A stretch of DNA of 64,000 bases from Thermoplasmatota archaeon (GTDB taxonomy: Archaea > Thermoplasmatota > E2 > JACPAO01 > JAHFTW01): assembly GCA_049602735.1 (NCBI GenBank), contig JBMYRW010000001.1, forward strand, positions 19,502 through 83,501, written 5' to 3'. Both the position numbers and the translations under genes were made by a program. Each line of letters opens with the position of its first letter. Position 1 is the first letter of the stretch. The notes below the pieces were generated by a model. It worked only from the letters and a program-made list of their open reading frames with translations, did not search any database and was not told the DNA's origin. This document shows, piece after piece, positions 17,944 to 25,133 of the stretch.

Positions 17944-20900
17944 TCACGGGGTTGCTGGGATATCGGGAATAGCCGATTTCGGTTGAGAACCAACCGCCCT
18001 CGATGTCTCCGCAGTCTCGATTCCGTTCAGTGGTGGTGCCTCCTTCGCATCACCCAGCGATGGGGAATCCTCTAACCCTTTGGCAGCCCCCGATTCCCCC
18101 AGGCCATGTGGAGCTGGTTCAGACGGGCCAACATTTGCAAGATCCAGAAGCCGATAGTCACCTGGCACAACATGCACGGGTCGTTGCAATCCAGGCGGCA
18201 AGACCCCTTCCAATTCAGCTAGACTATGCAGGCCTTGCAACACTTCACCGTAAGTCCCCTGCGATGCGACTCGTATCGTCGTGGCCGACCCAGGATCTGA
18301 AAGCAATTGACGCGCAAATGCATCACTTGATCGGACGTCTCTAGTGATTAAGGCCCGGTCGCCAACGAAACCCATGATCGGAAGCCGCCACAGTTGGTGC
18401 CCCGCACCGAACCGGCGTAGCTGAGGCGCATCATCACGAAGCGCTGGTACGTCCATGGCAGCATTCAGTAGCAAACCCAAGTAGTACGTTCTGTTTCGAT
18501 TGACATGCTGGACGATTGGATGCTCGGCCCCGCCCCCTTGCGCCACCTGATCGCGCAAAGAAGCAACCCCCATCAATAATGATTGATCAAGAATGTCGGG
18601 GGCAAAGAATGACATGAAATCCAGAATGTTCGTTGCGTCAAACAATGTACCCGGCGAACGTGGCACAGACGTAATATGTTCCAAGTAGATTTCCTTTACA
18701 TCTTCTACGTGCGATAATACCAAGAAATTCTCGTACACCGTCCATTTCAGGAGGTTCGTGGCGCGGGAAAGAAGTGGCGAGATCTGATCGATTGTGCGAA
18801 CAAGCGCTGTCTCGAGGCTCTTGATCGTCGCCTGAGTCTTTTTCACTTGATTGTTGATGCGAGACTCGGCTGCCGCCATGACCGCTGATGCCTCTTGGGT
18901 TGCATCCGTCGTGGATGATGCGACCGCTGAGCTGCTCAACGCCTGCGCAAACTGCGCTGTTGTGCTGGCTCTGGAGCTGCTGTGGGCGACGGCCACGGAG
19001 GCCACGAACGGAATGCTGGCGCCGGCGGTCACGGCAGTCGAACTCACGTTGGTTTCCGTGCTGGCATTGGTCCGATTTGCCATGTGACTGGCTTCGGACA
19101 GCAGGGATTCAACGGTGTTCGCTTGGTGAGCTGCCTGTTCTGCCGTCGACACAATATCTTCGATTGCCTGCGCTGAAACCTGTTCCGCGCGAGACTTGAT
19201 CCGCTCAACAGTATCCTTCGACTCGCGAAGGACCTGCCCCGGCGCGAGGCTCTGTAGGTTGGCAAGGCTACCCAAGCTGTAGCCTACAAACGCCCATTCC
19301 TGCCTGACCGTCACCAGATACCGGCGACGGGGCAGCCCCTCCTCCGAAACAGGGCTGACCCGGGTCATCTTCAGCCTCCTGACGGTACGCGTTCGACCGG
19401 CCCCGTTCCCATCGGAAAGATCCAGCTGCGGCAACAAGGGACTCGAGCAAGCATAGTTGAGGCGCAAGAGGTCGTCGTACAACGAAGGTGAGAATACACT
19501 GGGCAATCGCGGCAGTGGATCGACCGCTGCATGGCTTTCAAGAGGCCCTAGCTGATCCACAACGATCGAAACAAAGGCATGTTGGGATTCTTCGGGAATC
19601 TTGAAAACCGCCTTGACGAGACCAGATGCGAGTCGGCCAGCTTCGATCACGCCCGTTGAAGCAGAGGTATTCCCTCGCGGGAACAGCAGGATCGCGATTC
19701 CTCCAGCGTTGGTGCGGGTGCGGTCGACGAGACGCTCATGCTCATCGTAGAGCCGAACCGGGTGTCCTGAAACGGCATTTCCGTCCTGGTCGGATACGAC
19801 CGCCAAGGCCATCTTTGTCCGCCGCCCATCACTGATTTCGTTGCCACGCCCAGCCAATCTGGGATTCGTATCCAACATGCTGCGCATGCGCGAATCGGAA
19901 TCAGAAAAGCCCTGCTCGGCGGCCTTCCTTACGCCGGGGGATGCGAACTCATCATCGATGGCGGCAACGGCCGCCTCTTGGTCACGGACCGCCTGGTCCA
20001 TCGCGTTCTGCAGATCTCGCTCCATTGCTTCCGCGGCCTCCGCCGACACGTTGGCCAGAGCCTCCGCAAGTTCTTCTTCATGCAGAGCTTGGAGCCGCAC
20101 GATACGTTCTTCGAGGTCCTGTGATCCCTCCAGCCGTATTTGATCGACGGCTGCCTGACGAACCCCCGCCTCTCGGGCCTTAAGCCCACCAAGATCGCGG
20201 TCCAGATTCAGGGGGGATTCTTCAACAACGCGGATGATCTGCGCCTGATATTCCGCTGTCTTGGCTCTAAGTTTGTCACTCCTTATGATAACTTGCGAAA
20301 TTTGGCGCTCGGCCTCGGCGACTTCAGCCCGCACCGAATCCTCGAGTTGCCGATCAGCGCTGGCTTCATCTCGGAACCCTTGCGACTCGATTTCCATTTG
20401 TTCCGCTTCCGCCTTCGACTGATCGATTTGGTCCTGGACCACCCCATATTGTCGCTCTTCAGCAACAACCAATTTCTCATATCGTACGGCCTCGTTCTTT
20501 GCCTCATCCTGGTCCGCGATTGCCTTGCGCAGCGCCTCCTTTTTCTTGGCCAACGTGCCGCGGAGGTTAGCGAGCTCCGCCTGGTGAGCCTGAGCTTCTT
20601 GCGCCGAGGAACCCGATTCTCGTTCCAATTCCCTTGCCTGCGCAGCCAGGTTCTCGGCATCCAACCTGGCCTTCGCGCGTGTCGCATCATGGCCGGCCCA
20701 GATCGATTGGTAGGCAGGATCCTTGTAGAGCCAGTTGCGCTTGTAGGAGGAAATTTTGTTATCGGGAATGCCATGCGATTTTTTGATGTCTGGATAGCTC
20801 CCTGCCCTCAAGCTCCACTTCCGACCTTTGGGCTTTCCTCGATTATAGCTTACGTGCTCAAAGAAAATCCATTCCCCTTCCGAAATACGCACCGCCGAGG

Positions 20901-21000
20901 CACGGTCGTTGAACGCTCTGCCGACCCATGACGAATCTGAATTGGAAGAAATGGATTGCCCCTTAAAATTTCGCTTCTCCCATAGGGTAACAATGCTCAT
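17944..21000 (-). CDS. uncharacterised 1018-aa protein: beta/gamma-crystallin-like domain, long coiled coil, beta-sandwich module and large conserved C-terminal core
   Basis: A long uninterrupted ORF in lower-GC DNA. Residues 3-88 carry two Greek-key motifs (WEKRNFKG...FNDRASAV; FFEHVSYNRG...PDNKISSY). Residues ~105-355 are heptad-like and Ala/Glu/Gln/Arg-rich. Residues 398-441 (VVSDQDGNAVSGHPVRLYD...TRTNAGGIAILLF) look like a CarboxypepD_reg-type sandwich. Residues ~555-925 are paralogous to the 885-aa ORF. Confidence 0.75.
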   Translation of the reverse strand: MSIVTLWEKRNFKGQSISSNSDSSWVGRAFNDRASAVRISEGEWIFFEHVSYNRGKPKGRKWSLRAGSYPDIKKSHGIPDNKISSYKRNWLYKDPAYQSIWAGHDATRAKARLDAENLAAQARELERESGSSAQEAQAHQAELANLRGTLAKKKEALRKAIADQDEAKNEAVRYEKLVVAEERQYGVVQDQIDQSKAEAEQMEIESQGFRDEASADRQLEDSVRAEVAEAERQISQVIIRSDKLRAKTAEYQAQIIRVVEESPLNLDRDLGGLKAREAGVRQAAVDQIRLEGSQDLEERIVRLQALHEEELAEALANVSAEAAEAMERDLQNAMDQAVRDQEAAVAAIDDEFASPGVRKAAEQGFSDSDSRMRSMLDTNPRLAGRGNEISDGRRTKMALAVVSDQDGNAVSGHPVRLYDEHERLVDRTRTNAGGIAILLFPRGNTSASTGVIEAGRLASGLVKAVFKIPEESQHAFVSIVVDQLGPLESHAAVDPLPRLPSVFSPSLYDDLLRLNYACSSPLLPQLDLSDGNGAGRTRTVRRLKMTRVSPVSEEGLPRRRYLVTVRQEWAFVGYSLGSLANLQSLAPGQVLRESKDTVERIKSRAEQVSAQAIEDIVSTAEQAAHQANTVESLLSEASHMANRTNASTETNVSSTAVTAGASIPFVASVAVAHSSSRASTTAQFAQALSSSAVASSTTDATQEASAVMAAAESRINNQVKKTQATIKSLETALVRTIDQISPLLSRATNLLKWTVYENFLVLSHVEDVKEIYLEHITSVPRSPGTLFDATNILDFMSFFAPDILDQSLLMGVASLRDQVAQGGGAEHPIVQHVNRNRTYYLGLLLNAAMDVPALRDDAPQLRRFGAGHQLWRLPIMGFVGDRALITRDVRSSDAFARQLLSDPGSATTIRVASQGTYGEVLQGLHSLAELEGVLPPGLQRPVHVVPGDYRLLDLANVGPSEPAPHGLGESGAAKGLEDSPSLGDAKEAPPLNGIETAETSRAVGSQPKSAIPDIPATP

Positions 21001-22211
21001 CGTACATCCTTCCCGTTCTGCTGTAGTTGGGTTTTCGCATCTGCCTCCTGTGTTTGGCCGGCAATGAGCTTCGTCGCTCCTTGATGGAACTCGGGCTCCG
21101 CTCGGGAAGTGTTTGCCAAGGAGGCGGCCTGTTGGACCGATTTCCGGGGCGCTGCCATGGAAAGGAACGCCAGCTCCGGAATCGAATTCAAAGGAAGGTC
21201 CGGCAGTTCCATTTCATCGATGCTCTCGATCCGTTGGGCTTGTTTCTCGTCCGCCTCCATCGCCTCCAGGTACGCAAGCTCTTCAGGCGTTGGCACCAAA
21301 GCTTCGTCCAATCGAATTTCAGCGGCCTGTTGGGCCTCAGCTACTGCGTGTTCTGTTCTTCTTTCTGCGAACTCTTTGAATTCCCCCACCGTTACCTTGT
21401 TGGCTGCGGCAGCCTTGCGCCGTGCCTGCCCGATGGCTGATTCACGTAGAGCTTGTGCCTGGGAAGCGAAGTCCTTCAGGGCTTCTTCCCGCAGCGTCGA
21501 AATTCGCTCCACTTCGGCCGCCTTTGCATCGGCGAGCTCCCGCCCATGCAGCTGTTGGGCCTCGAGAAGGTGCCTTCTGCGATGTCGCGCGGCCTCTCGG
21601 ATGGTCTCTGCGAGTTTTGCACTGGACTCTGTTTCAAGGGAAGCCGCATGCGCCAGCTCAGAATTGGCGTGGTCCAACCGTGACCGCTCGAACCGAATCT
21701 CTTCCTTCGCCGCCTGAAGCGTAGCCGATGCTGCACTCCGTTCGGTTTGGGCCGCCTTTTTTTTGGTAGCAGCATCAAACCTTTGTTTGGACGCGAGGCC
21801 TAGGGTTTCCTTGGATCGCTCCACCCTTTTGCGGAGGATTTCATACTCCTGCTTGAGCCGCGATGCTTGCGCATTGGCGTCGCGAGCGGTCTGCTGCTGA
21901 ATCGAGAGCTCCGCATCAAATTTTGTCAATTCGTCCCGGGCAATCTCAACTTCCTGCCTCAGCTCGTCGAGGCGATCTGCATCAACAAGGCTGGCCCTAG
22001 CAGCATCGATTTTTTCGCGATGGGATTGAGCATTCTTTCGGTATTGTTCCAACTTTTTTTGATGTTCCGTCTCGGCTGCACCATGCGCGCTTCTTGCCCT
22101 TCGCTCATCGTTCGAACGAATCGCTGCGTCCATCTCGTCGCTGTAGAAACCGTAGATGGACCAACCATCGCTCGATGTTTTCACGGCAGCACCAGGCGCT
22201 ACAGCACCCAC
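20997..22211 (-). CDS. uncharacterised coiled-coil protein (404 aa from GTG 22211; alternative ATG at 22133)
   Basis: Almost entirely Glu/Ala/Arg/Gln/Lys-rich heptad-like sequence with no other motif. Its TGA stop overlaps the ATG of the 1018-aa gene (ATGA at 20997-21000). The start is uncertain because the first in-frame start codon is GTG. Confidence 0.65.
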   Translation of the reverse strand: MGAVAPGAAVKTSSDGWSIYGFYSDEMDAAIRSNDERRARSAHGAAETEHQKKLEQYRKNAQSHREKIDAARASLVDADRLDELRQEVEIARDELTKFDAELSIQQQTARDANAQASRLKQEYEILRKRVERSKETLGLASKQRFDAATKKKAAQTERSAASATLQAAKEEIRFERSRLDHANSELAHAASLETESSAKLAETIREAARHRRRHLLEAQQLHGRELADAKAAEVERISTLREEALKDFASQAQALRESAIGQARRKAAAANKVTVGEFKEFAERRTEHAVAEAQQAAEIRLDEALVPTPEELAYLEAMEADEKQAQRIESIDEMELPDLPLNSIPELAFLSMAAPRKSVQQAASLANTSRAEPEFHQGATKLIAGQTQEADAKTQLQQNGKDVR

Positions 22212-22296
22212 GGACCATTTAGCTTCATCGGCCCAAGTTGCAAGTCGGGATGGTTGCCGCGATAAATCACGGGAACTGCAGCAACTGATGCTAATC

Positions 22297-22422
22297 CCAA
22301 GATCGTTTGGCTGACGCCTCTGTTGTCATGATCTTGGAGTGGCGAGGATTGGATAGAAGCGCTCCGTAAATCTCTTCAATGGCGCGGCCTTTCTAGGGCT
22401 GACGAAAAGAGCTGTTCGTCAG
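22297..22422. promoter_or_regulatory. divergent control region of the island genes with two perfect 8-bp inverted repeats
   Basis: CCAAGATC (22297-22304) / GATCTTGG (22330-22337) with a 25-nt spacer. CTGACGAA (22399-22406) / TTCGTCAG (22415-22422) with an 8-nt spacer, ending 15 nt before ATG 22437. A/T-rich TATA-like elements are ATAAAT at 22262-22267 and TAAATC at 22367-22372. Confidence 0.3.
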
Positions 22423-22436
22423 GACAAGAAGAGCCC

Positions 22437-25094
22437 ATGCTTCCACCATCCAAATCCTCTGGCCGTATTGGCCGGCTGAGCAGGTCGAAGGGATTGGCCC
22501 CTGGCGATGTCCTCACGGTGCGCGGCAAGGAGCTTCGAAGCTTTGCGGGCGGTAGCCTTACGGGGTCCCAAAAGCTTCGCATCGAACGGCTGGCAGGAAC
22601 AAGGCTTGTGGCCCTGAAAATTGACGGCAGTCCAGATTATCTTGGCTCGCCCGATGACCCTGGAAGGCCGACGACCTCATTGGCCCGGGTAGCCCCAAGT
22701 GATGCCAATTCCAAGATTGCCCTATTTGAGATGGAGGGTAACCAACTTAGGCTAGGGAGGTTCCTGCCACCGGGCAACATCCCCGGGGATGCCGAGATCA
22801 GCCTGAGTCAGCCGGTCAAGAAACGGGTAGATGCGTTGCCTTCTGGCCCGAACAGGTCGATTCCCGATCCCCCCGAAACGCAACCAAAGGTCGAGATTTC
22901 AACGCAGCTGGACTCCACGGAGGGATCGTCCAATCCCTCTGCGCCCGCGGCTGACATGAATGGCTACCAAGCCATCGTTGCTGCAGTCCGGGATCATGAC
23001 GGAAACGTAGCCTCTGGCGTCCTTGCGCGTCTGCGACGTGGACAGCGGGTCCTGGACGTGACGCGAACAAACCACCAAGGCATGGCCTTGCTGCTCTTTG
23101 GGGAACCTTCAGCTGGCTTGTCTGAACCAAGCGATTCGAAGGCCCCATTTTCCATCGAAGTGATTGCCAAGGACGAAGTTGTATCGGTCGAACTAACCCA
23201 CACAGACGGAGACATTGGAATCGTGGACGTCCAGATCAATGAAACGCCCAAGTTGACGGCTACGGCACCCAATCTCTTGGCCCGGCTTCCGGCCGAACAT
23301 AGCCCCCAACTTGCATCCACGCTGATCACAATTGCTGGGGCATCCTCCCAAATGGATGAGGTCGCCGCCAAGGATCGGGGCGATCGCGTCCGCCATTTCC
23401 GTCGTCACGTGGCTGTTCCACGCATCGGCCCAGACGGTGGCCGGTTCCTCGTGATGGTGCGCCAGGACTGGACCTATCTTGGCGAGGCCTTGGGCAACAT
23501 CCACGATGCGAATGCAATCCTCCCACAGCAGACTGCGACCAGCGAACGGTCGACAAGTGATCAGCTTTCAAGCGAAGCTCTTGGAGCTACGCTGCCTTAC
23601 GATCGGATCGCAAACCGGATTGTGGGTCGGCCAAGACTCGAAGAACAGACACAGCCCACGGAGCCAGCCCTGGCGATCCACTCCCTCCCGTCGCTGGCGG
23701 GCTTCTGGGTCGCGGATGGTCGCTTCGATCTCGTCTCAAAGGAAGCAAACCAAGCGGTAAGAGACCAAGCTGAGCGACTGATTGGTGCAAAAAAGATTAA
23801 TCGTCAACCAGAGGCCCGCACGATCGAACAGCGGTCCCCTGACGCACTGCGTGCCACCAATTTCCTGAATATCGACTTGAATGAAAGGTTCTTGGTGCGT
23901 AGTGCGATCGAGACCGTGTTTCGCGTGGACGGCCTTGTGCCATCACCACAAGACGCCACAACCGTGCCAAGCTTGACGGTTCGAGAGTTGCTTGCCATGT
24001 GGCCCGTTTGGAGCGAGCTGCTCCGCTTTGATGGCGTTCTGGAGGATCAACGGTTGCTCCAGGAAATGGTGGAACGCGAGCGCGTTGACCTAGCCGTCCC
24101 GTCCGAGATTGAAATCGTTCTTGATTTTGAATCCATGCTAGCGGATGGACTTGCAACGCTCCGCGTGGGGCAGGACACCGCAAAGGCCGTACTTCCAGCC
24201 GGAAAAGGTACGGTGACGATCAGCGTCCAGAATCCCTCCAACCGCTCTCGGCGAGACATCAGGGAATTTGTACTGGAACTAAGCCTGGAAGTTCCATCGA
24301 CGTCCATCAGTATTGATGGAGATCAGGACAACGCCGATCTTCGGGAGCTCTTGGAGCGCGTGCATCGGTCCAGCAGGGATGATCTGCTCGATCAGGCCAG
24401 CATCACAGTTTCCCCAGTGGCAGCACATTTCCAATCGAAGGAAGGCACCCTAGAATCCATCGATTCGATTGAGGTGGTCGGATCGCGGTTCCTAAGAGGC
24501 CCCGAGAAGCGCCGCTGGACCTTCGACGTAACTCCCGAGAAAATTGATGCGCGGAAAGTGAATTCCATCGTTGACCACATCCTAGACCAGCAAGGGAGGT
24601 ACTTGCGAACAGCCCTGGCGGCGGCTTGGAAGTTCCCGGAATGGCGCCAACGCCTTCAATCTCTCTTGGGAATCGATGCCGATGATTCCGTATGGGAGTC
24701 GAAATTGATTGGCTTTGATGGCGCGTCGGCCTTGTACGTGGTTCCCGCCCACCAGGACGATGCCTTCGCGAAGGAGCTCCTTCGTGACCCTGGATCGGCC
24801 ATGCTTGTTCATCTCCCTACGGGGTCGACGTTTACCCAAACCAGCCCGATTGATGTGGAGGCGCCTTCCGACCTCCATGCGGAAGCCGATGGCGTCAAGC
24901 AGGGCCGCTCTTTGGAACTGGCCCGGTCGATGTTGCAACAACTAGGCGTTGATGCCACACTGGCGGAACTGATGCCAAAGGATCCAAACCTTTCTCCAGA
25001 TTCTGTCGATCGTCCTGGCCGAACGGAGGACCTGACGAAAACCACCGAAACCATCGTGAAAAAACTCCATGAGCAATCGAGCCAGATTGCCTAG
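22437..25094 (+). CDS. uncharacterised 885-aa protein, paralogue of the C-terminal two-thirds of the 1018-aa protein
   Basis: It shares colinear motifs with the 1018-aa ORF: VRDHDGNVASGVLARL...TRTNHQGMALLLF; GRFLVMVRQDWTYLGEALGNI; NFLNIDLNERFLVRSAIETV; GFDGASALYVVPAHQDDAFAKELLRDPGSA. It has a unique ~175-aa N-terminus and no signal peptide. Confidence 0.75.
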   Translation: MLPPSKSSGRIGRLSRSKGLAPGDVLTVRGKELRSFAGGSLTGSQKLRIERLAGTRLVALKIDGSPDYLGSPDDPGRPTTSLARVAPSDANSKIALFEMEGNQLRLGRFLPPGNIPGDAEISLSQPVKKRVDALPSGPNRSIPDPPETQPKVEISTQLDSTEGSSNPSAPAADMNGYQAIVAAVRDHDGNVASGVLARLRRGQRVLDVTRTNHQGMALLLFGEPSAGLSEPSDSKAPFSIEVIAKDEVVSVELTHTDGDIGIVDVQINETPKLTATAPNLLARLPAEHSPQLASTLITIAGASSQMDEVAAKDRGDRVRHFRRHVAVPRIGPDGGRFLVMVRQDWTYLGEALGNIHDANAILPQQTATSERSTSDQLSSEALGATLPYDRIANRIVGRPRLEEQTQPTEPALAIHSLPSLAGFWVADGRFDLVSKEANQAVRDQAERLIGAKKINRQPEARTIEQRSPDALRATNFLNIDLNERFLVRSAIETVFRVDGLVPSPQDATTVPSLTVRELLAMWPVWSELLRFDGVLEDQRLLQEMVERERVDLAVPSEIEIVLDFESMLADGLATLRVGQDTAKAVLPAGKGTVTISVQNPSNRSRRDIREFVLELSLEVPSTSISIDGDQDNADLRELLERVHRSSRDDLLDQASITVSPVAAHFQSKEGTLESIDSIEVVGSRFLRGPEKRRWTFDVTPEKIDARKVNSIVDHILDQQGRYLRTALAAAWKFPEWRQRLQSLLGIDADDSVWESKLIGFDGASALYVVPAHQDDAFAKELLRDPGSAMLVHLPTGSTFTQTSPIDVEAPSDLHAEADGVKQGRSLELARSMLQQLGVDATLAELMPKDPNLSPDSVDRPGRTEDLTKTTETIVKKLHEQSSQIA

Positions 25095-25133
25095 TGCATC
25101 AGGGTATTGCAGCGTTCTCGAGGTAGATCTCAC

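Larger units (their letters stand above)
17870..25130. other. low-GC genomic island (putatively horizontally acquired) carrying three uncharacterised genes
   Basis: Composition changes abruptly at both ends. Spot counts of 60-nt lines gave about 47-63% G+C inside and about 70% in flanking lines. Codons ending in A/T become common, and the long antisense shadow ORFs typical of the flanks shrink. No integrase, tRNA or flanking direct repeat was seen. Confidence 0.6.

Noticed and set aside
24198-24212. Possible Walker A (AGKGT) in the 885-aa island protein
   Set aside because: The sequence LPAGKGTVT does not satisfy GxxxxGK[ST], because the residue after K is G. No Walker B or other NTPase motifs follow.
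17870-25130. Calling the island a defined mobile element or prophage
   Set aside because: There are no recombinase, capsid, terminase or att features, so it is reported only as a compositional island. A viral or mobile origin remains a hypothesis.
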